Below are positions 1 to 10,182 of a stretch of 64,000 nucleotides of DNA, piece after piece. Position numbers and translations under genes: made by a program. Each line of letters begins with the position of its first letter. Position 1 is the stretch's first letter. The notes beneath the pieces are model-generated. The model saw nothing but the letters and a program-made list of their open reading frames with translations, was not told the DNA's origin and made no database searches. Source of the DNA: Candidatus Babeliales bacterium (GTDB taxonomy: Bacteria; Babelota; Babeliae; Babelales; JANWKD01); NCBI GenBank assembly GCA_963722255.1, contig CAVRJO010000002.1, forward strand, positions 576,001 through 640,000. The letters run 5' to 3'.

Positions 1-53
1 ATATTACCGTAAATAAAAATAGATTATGTGAAATTTGTCGTTGTTTAGCTTGA
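1..53 (+). CDS. 3' end of HNH endonuclease-like gene running in from outside the window
   Basis: Reads ..ITVNKNRLCEICRCLA*; near-identical to the tail of the HNH pseudogene at 11494-11558. Confidence 0.6.
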   Translation, partial: ITVNKNRLCEICRCLA

Positions 54-108
54 CTTTATCTATCAGGCCAAGAAATTTATCAAACGCTGTTTAATTTTTT
101 AGGACAAA

Positions 109-570
109 ATGAATACATTTATTACTAATCTCACATCTGATTTAACATCTGCAATAATTGCGGCAGTACTAACGGGATCATTTTTTCGTCGACTCGATAC
201 TATAAAAGAACAACGTAAATTAATTGCAATATTAAGAGCCCTCAAAAACGAATTTGATTATAATTCTATTCATAGGGGCAATGAACAAAGTCCATTTCAG
301 AATTATTGGTTAAAACAAGCTCTATCTATGCCAGAATTTTACGAACTTTGTAAACCAATATTACAAGATAGTCTAGAGATTTCTGAATTAATTAATGATG
401 CAAATATAGAACAATTGGGTAGAAGAAAAAGAGACAATGGTACATCATTGGTTCCTAGTGATGTTCAGGATTTAATGAAGGATGCTTCTTCTAAAATTGA
501 TCAGTTACTTCCAAATTTAAAAAGACATACTAATTTTTTTGGTTTTTATTTACTTTTTTTACGTGCATGA
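109..570 (+). CDS. Hypothetical protein with N-terminal hydrophobic helix
   Basis: 153-aa ORF preceded by AGGA; broken paralog at 11600-13231. Confidence 0.7.
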   Translation: MNTFITNLTSDLTSAIIAAVLTGSFFRRLDTIKEQRKLIAILRALKNEFDYNSIHRGNEQSPFQNYWLKQALSMPEFYELCKPILQDSLEISELINDANIEQLGRRKRDNGTSLVPSDVQDLMKDASSKIDQLLPNLKRHTNFFGFYLLFLRA

Positions 571-959
571 AGAGATCGAATGCTTGAAGTATCAGTATTC
601 GGCTGTTTTATCATTGATGGTTTTTTGATTCTTGGAACATTTACTTTAACTTCGGCTTTTTTGTTAGTTCTTTTTTTAGGACTCACCTTAATAGTAATAT
701 CTTGGCCTAAAATATTTAAAAAACGAAAAAGTCTTTCAAGAGAGAAGCCAGCTAATCTTCCAGTACTTAAAGCAGATACTTTGGGCTGATCTATTTCAAG
801 AAGCTTCGCCGCTGCAACTTGGGTAAGACCTTTTTCTTCGATGATTGTATTAATTTGATATGCAAGTTCTGCTTTAGCTAATCGTTCTTCTGGATTTGGA
901 AGTTCAAGATCAGCAAATATATTACCAGAACTAATGATATAATCTTTATTTTTTTTCAT
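546..959 (-). CDS. XRE/HTH antitoxin (HigA-like)
   Basis: SSGNIFADL...LTQVAAAKLLEIDQPKVSAL..GFSLERL HTH signature; downstream of a RelE-like gene. Confidence 0.9.
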   Translation of the reverse strand: MKKNKDYIISSGNIFADLELPNPEERLAKAELAYQINTIIEEKGLTQVAAAKLLEIDQPKVSALSTGRLAGFSLERLFRFLNILGQDITIKVSPKKRTNKKAEVKVNVPRIKKPSMIKQPNTDTSSIRSLHARKKSK

Positions 960-964
960 AACAG

Positions 965-1327
965 TTACTTCTTTTTAATAATTTCTTTATATATATCTTG
1001 AGCCTGCTTGAGTCTACCCTTAATAAGTTCTATATCTTGTTTTGGTGTTTTAATCCCCTCTTTAGATTTCTTCTGAAATACATGCAATACAAAGATTACT
1101 TCAGGCATAGTAACAGTGTAAACAGCCCGATAGGTTCCTGCAGCATCTGATTCTATTATTTCAATAACACCTGCATTGCCAAAACCCTTAAGAGCCTTTG
1201 CACCTTTAGGAAGTTTACCTTTTTGAGCGTTAAACAATCCATAGCCAATAGCATCTTCAATATCCTCAGAAAAGCTCATTAAATCTTTTTTACTGGATCC
1301 TATCCAAATTAGTTCTTTTAGTTTCAT
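965..1327 (-). CDS. RelE/ParE-superfamily toxin (HigB/Gp49-like)
   Basis: WIGSSKKDL...GTYRAVYTV...FVLHVFQKKS...TPKQDIELIK motif; start trimmed to MKLKEL. Confidence 0.9.
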   Translation of the reverse strand: MKLKELIWIGSSKKDLMSFSEDIEDAIGYGLFNAQKGKLPKGAKALKGFGNAGVIEIIESDAAGTYRAVYTVTMPEVIFVLHVFQKKSKEGIKTPKQDIELIKGRLKQAQDIYKEIIKKK

Positions 1328-1519
1328 ACTATTCCTAATTAAAATATGCCACATTTAGTATATTTTAGCAATAGATTCTAAAAAAGCAAAATCAATTATT
1401 GTAATTATTTATTCAGCGATCTCAATTTTTAAGCTAGAACAAACAGTTTTTATGAGTTGTACACCCATGGTAAATTCAATTTCATGGTTTAAGATTGCCT
1501 CCACTAGGTAACGCCAATC

Positions 1520-1813
1520 TTCGCCTACATGGGTTAATACTACGAAGTTGACCTACGGCTACGATTGGCTGTCGCCAGCAAAAGGAGGCGAAGATTGTCC
1601 TTCGTAGCTTTATAATGCTTCAGCGTTTTTCCCTAAAGCGAAGAACGGACGGCGTATTAAATATTAGGCCAATTTTTTTAATTTCGCCTACATGGGCTAA
1701 TACTACGAAGTTGACCTACGGCTACGATTGGCTGTCGCCAGCAAAAGGAGGCGAAGATTGTCCTTCGTAGCTTTATAATACTTCAGCGTTTTTCCCTAAA
1801 GCGAAGAATGGAC
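1520..1813. repeat. Two 131-bp direct repeats (1520-1650, 1683-1813) with internal palindromes
   Basis: Copies differ at 3 positions, period 163 bp, and are more GC-rich than the flanks. Confidence 0.95.
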
Positions 1814-1880
1814 TGGCTGGCCCTAAATAAGAACATCAAAAATTTATTTTCATCTTCAAAACTAATCAATAAACAATGCC

Positions 1881-2123
1881 ATGTATTACGTATATCTTAT
1901 CAAATCCATAGAGTTCCCTAATCAAGTATATGCTGGCTACACTACAAATTTAAAGCAGCGACTTGAAACCCATAATTCTGGTGGTTCTATATATACTGCT
2001 AACTATAGGCCTTGGAAGCTCGTGCTTTACCTTGGCTTTGAGGAAGAAACTAAAGCCAAAACATTTGAACATTATCTAAAAACTTCAGCGGGAAAAGCTT
2101 TTGCCAAAAAACGATTTTATTAA
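1881..2123 (+). CDS. Small GIY-YIG nuclease (UPF0213-like)
   Basis: YYVYLIKS...YAGYTTNLKQRLETHNSG..YTANYRPWKLV...FEHYLKT. Confidence 0.9.
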   Translation: MYYVYLIKSIEFPNQVYAGYTTNLKQRLETHNSGGSIYTANYRPWKLVLYLGFEEETKAKTFEHYLKTSAGKAFAKKRFY

Positions 2124-2144
2124 TATTTTTTCATTGAAAACACT

Positions 2145-2639
2145 ATGAAAATATCAATCACGTATAAAGATAAAACCAAAGATAAAGTAAAAGTATCAGT
2201 GACCTACGATGACTTATGGAATGGCGATGTCACCTTAGCTCGCGTCATTTATCCTTTCTTAAAAAAATACCGTAAATCATATGATAAGAAAAACAGGTAC
2301 ACTGGATATCCTATGCCTTTTGCTCCTGATCCAGCAAAACCAGAAGATCCAGATAATCTAGATAGATTTGACGAATGGCTACAATGTTTGGATAGAATGA
2401 TTTACTCTTTTGAATGGATAGCTAAAAATCATAGTTGGGATGGTCCTGCACAAAAAAAAGTTTCATAAGGAATGCAGAAGAATTGAAAAAAATACATAAA
2501 AAAGGAATTTAAAAAATTGGCACAGGAATCAGAAATTATGCGCATTACTCTTGAAATTTTTCATAAAAAGTTTGAAGAACATCATCAAAAAGTACAAGAA
2601 GGTATAGACTTATTTGCAAAATATTTCCAAAAGCAATAG
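2145..2639 (+). pseudogene. Phage-like hypothetical protein, frameshifted in an A-run near 2455
   Basis: ORF 2145-2468 continues in a shifted frame to ..KVQEGIDLFAKYFQKQ* (2639). Confidence 0.55.
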
Positions 2640-2674
2640 AAGACGCAAAAAACCAAAAATAACCTCCATAATAG

Positions 2675-3376
2675 TTATCCTAATTGTTTCTCACTATTAG
2701 TAAAATTAGTATTGCTCAAAACACGGTATTGGTTAAGTAATTCTGCAGATCGATCATATTCGCTAATAAACCAATCAAGAGAAATATCAAGATTCTTTAT
2801 AACAAAATCAATGTTTATCTTTTCTCTATTATTACCAAAATGAATTTCTCTATTATTCCAATCAGGTTTACTATATATCTTACAAATACCAGCGGAATTC
2901 GGATGTGCAAATTCAGAAAGAAAATCGTAACATTCCCTATAACCTGGTATTACTTTATCCATTGAATCAAGACATGTTAGTATATTTATCGATTCTGTTC
3001 TATTAAATTCTTCAGTCGCTATATCTGAACGCGCACCAGATAAAGATTTGGTTAAAAAGTCATTTAAATTATCGAATTTATTCGTTTTTATTGCCACATC
3101 AAGCTTTTTCAAAAATAACCAAAATAAAGCTACGGTTTCCATCAATGCTCTTTGTAAAATCATAGCTGATACTAAGCTATTATTGCTACACATCACAAAT
3201 ATGTTCGCGGTTAGCTCTTCGATCCTTTTAAAAATACATTCTCTTAATGCAGCTGCTCTAACAAGATCTATATTTGAAGAAATATCCATTGGTATTGAAC
3301 TAGGGGAACTATTTTTTAAAATTATTATTTTTTTCTCTATATCATGAAGCATTTTTATTATTCCTTTACTTATCAA
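2675..3376 (-). CDS. Hypothetical helical protein, possibly DUF5677/HEPN-like
   Basis: 233 aa; QRALMET and YDFLSEFAHPN motifs. Confidence 0.55.
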   Translation of the reverse strand: MISKGIIKMLHDIEKKIIILKNSSPSSIPMDISSNIDLVRAAALRECIFKRIEELTANIFVMCSNNSLVSAMILQRALMETVALFWLFLKKLDVAIKTNKFDNLNDFLTKSLSGARSDIATEEFNRTESINILTCLDSMDKVIPGYRECYDFLSEFAHPNSAGICKIYSKPDWNNREIHFGNNREKINIDFVIKNLDISLDWFISEYDRSAELLNQYRVLSNTNFTNSEKQLG

Positions 3377-3495
3377 AATTATTTTTGCTTAATGTCATGG
3401 CTTCTGGCTTTCTTAAATTGTTGCTAATTATATTGCAAAAATATAATATATTTGTTATAATTATAAGGTGTTTTGTTAAAAAAAGCGAGATTTAT

Positions 3496-3828
3496 ATGAG
3501 CTGGAAAGTAGAGTTTTATAGCACTAAGGTTCAAGATGGTATTTATGAATGGCCAGTCCATTTAAGAGTTAAGTTTTTAAAAATAGCTGAACTTATTGAA
3601 AAAATGGGTCCTGATGAATTAGGCATGCCGCATATTAAGCCATTAAAAAAAGGACTTTTTGAGATTAGAGTAAAAGGCCCTGAAGGCATCGCTCGAGCTC
3701 CTTTTTGTACTATAAAAGGGAAAATTGTAATAGTACTGAGCGAATTTATAAAGAAAACACAAAAAACTCCACCAAGAGAAATGGATATAGCAATACGTCG
3801 TATGAAAGAGGTAAAAAATGAAGAATAA
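3496..3828 (+). CDS. RelE/ParE-superfamily toxin (HigB/Gp49-like)
   Basis: LGMPHIKPLKKGLFEIRVKG..IAR..FIKKTQKTP; start trimmed to MSWKVEFY. Confidence 0.92.
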   Translation: MSWKVEFYSTKVQDGIYEWPVHLRVKFLKIAELIEKMGPDELGMPHIKPLKKGLFEIRVKGPEGIARAPFCTIKGKIVIVLSEFIKKTQKTPPREMDIAIRRMKEVKNEE

Positions 3829-4147
3829 AAGACCAAGCTTTGAAGCATTCAAAAAAAGAGCTTTGCAAAATGAAGAAGTGAAAAAAGCATATGACTTATT
3901 GGAACCAGAATTTGCATTACTTGAAAAATTTATAAAGGCAAGAAAAAAAGCGCGTTATTCTCAATCAGAACTAGCAGAGCGCCTTCATCTTCAACAACCG
4001 GCTATTGCACGACTAGAAAAGGGTGGGTACACTACAACATCTGTTGGAAAACTTGCTCAGGTTGCCGATGCTTTGGGTTATTCAATTAAAATCTCTTTGT
4101 CACCTAAAAAGACATTAACAAATAAAACAAAATCTAAAAAGGTTTGA
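3818..4147 (+). CDS. XRE/HTH antitoxin (HigA-like)
   Basis: SQSELAERLHLQQPAIARLEKG; overlaps the toxin stop. Confidence 0.92.
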   Translation: MKNKRPSFEAFKKRALQNEEVKKAYDLLEPEFALLEKFIKARKKARYSQSELAERLHLQQPAIARLEKGGYTTTSVGKLAQVADALGYSIKISLSPKKTLTNKTKSKKV

Positions 4148-4178
4148 TTTAAAATAGCTTTAAGTAACCTTAAATAAA

Positions 4179-4257
4179 AATCCCCCGCAGCAAGCTGCTG
4201 AGTATTTTTCCTATGAAACGAAGCAAGCTTCGGGGAATTGAACCCGCAAGGGATTAA
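4179..4257. repeat. Miniature palindromic (REP-like) element
   Basis: Twin hairpins gcagcaagctgc and cgaagcaagcttcg; ends aatccc/gggatt are complementary. Confidence 0.55.
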
Positions 4258-4283
4258 ACATTAATACAATCAAGAAATCTTCC

Positions 4284-5429
4284 ATGAATATGCTGCACTA
4301 TCTTCTCATGGCTTTATCATTCGGAGCTCACATAATGGCACAAGAAAAAATTCAATTACCACGGCCAACTGGTTCCTATAACGTTGGTATGAGCACTCAT
4401 TTTTTAAAAGATATATCTCGCCATCATAACGATGAAAAAAGTCGACCTCTTTTAGTGCACATTTATTATCCATCTGTGGAAATACAAAAAGAATATCCTC
4501 CCTATCTCTCGGATACTATGCATCTCTACAAAGAAAAGCTTGCTCATACCTATAAAAAAGAAGATCTCGAGTATTTAGATGGGATCAGGGACTGGGCCAT
4601 GCCTGATGCTCCGATCGATGCAGAAAATTGTCCCTTTCCCGTTCTATTTTTCTCCCCTGGTTTTTTTATGGCGGCACAATTATATTCATCTTTGATTGAA
4701 GAAATGGCTAGTCATGGATATGTTGTGGTTGCAATTAACCACACCGATGCCTGTTGGCCAGTGATGTTCCCTGATGGGTCTAGCCCAGTAATTTTGCCAG
4801 AACTTGCGAATATATTTTCCAACAAAGAGCGATCATGCATGCAAACATTTGATATGACTCAAGAAACATGGATTAAAGATGTTGAGTTTGTCCTTTCATG
4901 GCTGCGAAATCAACCATTAACAAAGTCTCTTGATCTCTCTCGCATGGGCATATTTGGTCATTCATTTGGAGGAAGCACCGCAATTGAAGCGGCACGGCAA
5001 TATGAGACTTTTAGAGCCGTTGTAAATCTAGATGGGTTATTATTTGGTCCCAATTGGGATAAGCCATTTGAAACACCAAGTTTATTTGTTGTAGCGGAAA
5101 AACTGCTAACGCATGAAGAGGCTCTCAATGCAGGACTCACCATAGAACAATTTGATAGCTTGCTAGCAAGACACTCCAAAAAAGTTTTTGATCAATTAAA
5201 AGATAATTCTTTTTATGTAACGGTAAAAAATGCTGACCACGCAACCTTTGTCGATTCAAAGCTCATCAAAAGCCCTTTGCTCAAAAATGTACATAATCCT
5301 CTCAGGGGTATTGAAATCACTCGTGCCTTACTTGTAGATTTTTTTGATCATTATTTAAGAAATAAAAAAGCGACCGTACTCAAAAAACAAAATCCTCGAT
5401 TCCCCGATATTCACGTCAAACAGAAATAA
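4284..5429 (+). CDS. Secreted alpha/beta hydrolase (PAF-acetylhydrolase-like)
   Basis: PTGSYNVG, FSPG, GHSFGG nucleophile elbow, NLDG, ADHATFVD. Confidence 0.88.
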   Translation: MNMLHYLLMALSFGAHIMAQEKIQLPRPTGSYNVGMSTHFLKDISRHHNDEKSRPLLVHIYYPSVEIQKEYPPYLSDTMHLYKEKLAHTYKKEDLEYLDGIRDWAMPDAPIDAENCPFPVLFFSPGFFMAAQLYSSLIEEMASHGYVVVAINHTDACWPVMFPDGSSPVILPELANIFSNKERSCMQTFDMTQETWIKDVEFVLSWLRNQPLTKSLDLSRMGIFGHSFGGSTAIEAARQYETFRAVVNLDGLLFGPNWDKPFETPSLFVVAEKLLTHEEALNAGLTIEQFDSLLARHSKKVFDQLKDNSFYVTVKNADHATFVDSKLIKSPLLKNVHNPLRGIEITRALLVDFFDHYLRNKKATVLKKQNPRFPDIHVKQK

Positions 5430-5577
5430 TTTATCCCGCATTAATTAATAGATAATTAATCTTAGATTATTAAGTTAGTTATGCTAGAAGTTCTATTTTT
5501 ATACAAATGAAAAATTAGCCTGCAAGTGAGAACTATCCTCAATTGGAAAAGTCATAAAACAGTCATGTTTTAATAGG

Positions 5578-6240
5578 TCAATCAGTATTTACTGCTAATT
5601 GACCTTCTAGTGCTTTAATTTTTTTATTTGCATTTTTTTCTGCTTCACTTTGTTGTAACCCAACTGATAAGTGCTTAACACCTGGAGCATTATTATATTC
5701 TTTAATAAAACTTGCAATTGTTGCCAGAAGTGCTTCTGCAAGATTATCATACGATGGCCCAACGCCAATAATTTCTGCTGAAACATCGTATTTTTTAACT
5801 ATATCATATGACTCAATAAGTTTTTTATATACATTTTTCGTAGCATTAAAAATTTCTTTTAATATAGTTATAGTATTATGAGAAAGATTAGCTGCAATTG
5901 GATTATACGTAATCTTTAAATTTTTGATCGTTGTTATTAGATGAATAATTTCTGTTGATGGAATTGCATGGGTATTTTTTTCTAATATATCCTCAACTGC
6001 CTCAATACTCTTATTTATACTATGTGCAATTATCTTGTTGTTAATATCATCAATAGTAGAACCTTGCGCATTCCATGTTCTTTTTATTAATTCGAAAGCT
6101 TTTTGGCCTTGAATGAAAGCTTTATGCGCCTTATTAGTTATTAACATTGTTTCAAGTTTTTTTTCCCCTCTTGCATTAAGCCTTTGTGTAAAGGAAATTA
6201 CGCTTGTGGTCACGACAAGAAATAATAATTGTTTTTTCAT
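5578..6240 (-). CDS. Secreted hypothetical protein
   Basis: MKKQLLFLVV signal peptide; AAGGA RBS. Confidence 0.7.
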   Translation of the reverse strand: MKKQLLFLVVTTSVISFTQRLNARGEKKLETMLITNKAHKAFIQGQKAFELIKRTWNAQGSTIDDINNKIIAHSINKSIEAVEDILEKNTHAIPSTEIIHLITTIKNLKITYNPIAANLSHNTITILKEIFNATKNVYKKLIESYDIVKKYDVSAEIIGVGPSYDNLAEALLATIASFIKEYNNAPGVKHLSVGLQQSEAEKNANKKIKALEGQLAVNTD

Positions 6241-6414
6241 AATGTCCTTAGTTTTTTGATATTTTAGTAATCTGTACTTTTTTATTAAAATATCATATTA
6301 AGCTTTTAGCTTGCAATAATTTAAAAATGGTAATTATTGCCATTTTGAAAATAACAATATTATAATAAAGATAGAACAATAATTATGTTTTCTATTAAAA
6401 AAAGGACTTAGCAA

Positions 6415-6894
6415 ATGAAAAAGGTTTTTCTGGGAATAATTTTAATAAGTTCCATCTTTGCGATTTCAGCTGCTATTGAAGATTCCTCAGATAGAGATGC
6501 AGAATTAAATAATAGACTTCAATTTTTTTTTCAAAAGATTAATTGGATGTCTAATCGAATTAACAATTTGAAAGCATTATCAAATCAAACTGATTCGACA
6601 TATCGTGACTATATTGCAACTATTAAACAGTACTTAAGTATCTTACCTGGAGATTATAGCAGATTAAAATTTCAAATTGATCGTACTAAGAAATTGGAAA
6701 AGCCAAATGAATTTGATATTGGGTTTGTTAATTCCGATAGGATAAAAAAAATACTGGATGATCTTTTAAGCAATGAGCCTACTTTTATGGATGGTGCAAG
6801 TTACAGCCAAATAAAACCAGAATTAGAAAAATTAAGAGAGAACTATCAAGATATACTTGATACATTTCAATCTAAATATAATATTTCCTTATAA
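6415..6894 (+). CDS. Secreted hypothetical helical protein
   Basis: MKKVFLGIILISSIFAISA signal peptide; AAGGA RBS. Confidence 0.75.
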   Translation: MKKVFLGIILISSIFAISAAIEDSSDRDAELNNRLQFFFQKINWMSNRINNLKALSNQTDSTYRDYIATIKQYLSILPGDYSRLKFQIDRTKKLEKPNEFDIGFVNSDRIKKILDDLLSNEPTFMDGASYSQIKPELEKLRENYQDILDTFQSKYNISL

Positions 6895-7987
6895 GGTATA
6901 AAGGTTTAAACTTTTCTAATTCTTCACGGATAACCTCTAACGGTTGTTGTGCATTAGGCAACTTCACCTATTTGCATCACTCATTAATTTATACCAAGCC
7001 CTTTGATTATATTTTGCAAATAGCATTCTTAGCTCTCTAGGGCTCATAACATTCAGTGCTTGCTTCAAGCCAAATAGTTGCAAGATCTTTGTTGGGCTTA
7101 ATTCAGGATTATAGAAAACTAAATCAGCAAGCAATGTTTCATTATCAGCTTTATAATCAAGCAAGATAGGCCGCTTTGATTCCAGCTCATCTAAATAATG
7201 CAACAACACTTTCTTTGCAATGGCAGGCTTAAATAACTTCTTCAACGTCAAATCTGATTTTATTCCCAACGCTTTAAACAACTGTTTGATTTTCTGTCGT
7301 TTGTTCAATCGAACTTCCATCCGAAGAATCTCAAATTTCTTTTTTGTCCTGAAAAAGGGGAAGAGCGAATGGTTCATGGCGCTATCTTTATCAATCGATC
7401 TCTTGCTGCTCTTTTTGGCTTTTTCCAAATCCAAAATCTTGTCATAGAAAACAATTTCATATGAGTTGCAATGCCATTTATAACTGTGGCCATCGTTGCG
7501 ATAATCAGTTTGATTCGTGTCTAGAGAGATTTTGATGTTTGCTTCTTTAATTTTGTTGATGAAATGATAGGGCGTAGAGCCATCAGTGAGAGGAATGTTC
7601 TTTGCATAATGAACGCTGGAGAGCTGATGCATTCTCTAGGGCTTCTGCGGTTGTTTCGATGCCCATTTCGTGCAGCACGCTAATCAATTTTTTGATGATC
7701 GCTGGAAAATCTTTATAACAAAGCTCATCAACATTATTGCCAAACAAAAGCTTTGGCAAAGAAAGTTCAACCTTCAACATGAGATCAAATAACCCTTGAG
7801 CATTGATGCGCTTCTGCAAAGTTAAACGTGGTTTGCATTCCCCTTTCAGGAGTTCATGACGTGTTGGGTTCTGTTTTGCTTGCATTATGCTTGACGTCGA
7901 TAAGAGCGTTGCTGAGGGTTGGAATTTATTAGGATGAATGATCTGAAACTTGTCTTTGGTTAATGTGAAAACTATGGTGTCGATCAT
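6872..7987 (-). pseudogene. Phage/plasmid replication-initiation-like protein, split by frameshifts
   Basis: MIDTIVF..LKVELSLPKLLFGNN; VFYDKILD; ILRMEVRL; C-terminal ..EELEKFKPL in a third frame. Confidence 0.6.
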
Positions 7988-8131
7988 TCGTTGTCTTTGA
8001 ATATGTGTTAACAGGTGATGTTCTCAGGTATTCAAAGCTAGAACAAATATTCACAAAAAACAAGGCCTTTGATTCAAAAGCCTCAACAGATTTACCCTTT
8101 TGCTATTAAATAAGAATTAAACTTATACATT

Positions 8132-9042
8132 AGACCTCTTCTGAAACTATAAATTTTATGGCATAATCATAATCGATTTATAAAAAAAGGGTAAGCGATT
8201 ATGAAGTATGAAAAATTAAAAATTTCATCAGAAAAAAACTTTAGAAGAGTAACTGGAGTAAAACGAAAAACATTTGAAGTATTGGTTTCTATTTTAAAAG
8301 AAGCGCAAAAAATAAAAAAGGCAAAGGGAGGACGTCCAAATAAGCTCAGTATTGAAGAAATGCTTTTGATGACTCTTGAATATATACGGGAATATCGAAC
8401 GTATCTTCATATTGCGACAAGTTATGGCATTGCTGAAAGCAATGCATTTGAAGCAATACGATGGGTTGAAAATACTCTTATTCAAAGCAAAGAATTTAGA
8501 TTGCCTGGCAGAAAAGCGCTACTGAAAAGCGATAATGAATTTGAAGTTATTTTAATAGATGCAACTGAAAGTCCTATTGAACGTCCTAAAAAAAACAGCG
8601 GAAATTTTATTCCGGTAAGAAAAAACGTCATACTATAAAAACTCAGGTAGTTGTAAACAAAAAAACAAAAGAAATTGTTTGTACAAATTTTTCAGATGGT
8701 AAACGACATGATTTTAAACTCTTCAAAACTTCAAAAATTCACTTCGCAAAATCTACTGAAGTTCTTACAGATACAGGTTATTTAGGTCTAAAAAAATTCA
8801 TAATAATACTTCTATGCCAAAGAAAAAAAGTAAAAAAAATCCTTTAACATTAACAGATAAACAACGAAATAGAGAATTATCAAGCCAGCGTGTTTTAAAT
8901 GAGCATGTAATTGGTATGATAAAACGTTTTAAAATAGTTGCTGACAAATATCGCAATCGACGAAAAAGATTTGGGCTCCGTTTCAATCTTATTGCGGGTA
9001 TCTATAATTTTGAGTTGGTTAAATGAGTTTCAGAAGAGGTCT
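8132..9042 (+). mobile_element. IS5-family element (ISL2-group-like), 911 bp
   Basis: 17-bp perfect terminal IR agacctcttctgaaact/agtttcagaagaggtct; ATT on both flanks (3-bp TSD). Confidence 0.92.
8201..9026 (+). CDS. IS5-family DDE transposase read across frameshifts
   Basis: IDATE, DTGY, EHVIG motifs; -1 shift at A8 run 8588-8595 and a second shift at A-run ~8790-8796. Confidence 0.85.
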
Positions 9043-9075
9043 ATTATGATATTAACTATATAAACAGAATTTAAT

Positions 9076-9531
9076 ATGCCCTATTTGAAAATTTTTTCTT
9101 TCATTTGTTTGCTTAATGTTTGGTTTAGCATTGCTCTATCAATGACCTTCGAGAAAAAAGAATCTGATTTTGAAGATATTATTGTCATAGCCAAAGAAAA
9201 TGATGAGCGTATGGGAGCTATAACTTATTCTAAAAAAGAATGTTTGATAGGTGCTCTTGTGGTTAAAAGACCTTATCAAAAAAGGGATAGGTAAAAGATT
9301 AATTCAAACAGCTTTAAGTGATATGCAAAAAAGAGGTTGTAAAGAAGTAGACTCGAATCAATATGGGATGCAAAAGACTTTTATAAAAAAATCGGATTTA
9401 AAATAGATGATACGAAAGTCCCTTTGCAAGATCGAAGAGTTTCTACGATGTTACGCATGAAATATGCGTTTGATAACGAAAATGAACTAAGTCCAACTGA
9501 TGTAAAAATTTCATTAATCAATTGTTCATAA
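9076..9531 (+). pseudogene. GNAT acetyltransferase with signal-like N-terminus, frameshifted
   Basis: LVVKRPYQK(K)GIGKRLI acetyl-CoA motif and AKDFYKKIGF continue past the 9294 stop in other frames. Confidence 0.7.
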
Positions 9532-9538
9532 AAATACA

Positions 9539-9558
9539 AGGCTCGCAATTGCGAGCCT
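9539..9558. terminator. Intrinsic terminator hairpin
   Basis: Perfect palindrome aggctcgcaattgcgagcct followed by a T-rich tract. Confidence 0.7.
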
Positions 9559-10182
9559 ATTCTTTTCTCTTAGTTTTTGCTTTTACGCTTTTCTTTGCTT
9601 TAGGTCTATTTCTTGATAGCATTAACTTTATATCAATTGCAATCAGTATCACAAAAAAATCTGTGGAAGTTTTCTTGTAAAAACCAGACAATACTATATT
9701 CACTCTAGGGGGATTTTCATATAAATCTCCTAAAAATATATTTTTAGAAATATATAATTTCTTTTTTTTAGTTTTTTATGGCCATTATAAAAACCATTTA
9801 TGCAGGAACTATAGACAAAATCAATTGAAATAAGCTGCGCAGCAGCCTTCTTGCTGATCAAGCCCAATATATATTTCTGAAATTCGAAAGGTAATGAGGC
9901 TGGATGTAATTCGATTTTGTGAGATGGAGTACAGAATCTGAGTTCTGTTAAGCAAGAACATGGTTGTTCCTTTGATGAAGAGAATGCTTTGATTACTACA
10001 AAGGGAGATATTATACGATTTTGGAAATATTTGCAAGAAATTTAAAATTTGACTTTGTTTAAAATTAAGCCAAAATTATTATTGCAGTGGCATTGATCTG
10101 TCATTGTTATCTCTTGATCCAGACCTGAACTCTTTGATCAAAAAAAATTTAAAACAATTATTTTATAACTTTAAAGGTTTCT

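Larger units (their letters stand above)
1..840. repeat. Copy 1 of a duplicated segment (copy 2 at 11494-~13490)
   Basis: Direct nucleotide identity, e.g. atattaccgtaaataaaaatagattatgtg at 1 and 11494; gatttctgaattaattaatgatgc at ~379 and ~13043. Confidence 0.92.

Noticed and set aside
1520..1813. CRISPR array (repeat, 32-bp spacer, repeat)
   Set aside because: Repeats are 131 bp, there are only two copies, and no cas genes are in the window
9560..10036. Short fragments with an RBS or coding-like stretches
   Set aside because: Interrupted by stops and not assignable to any family
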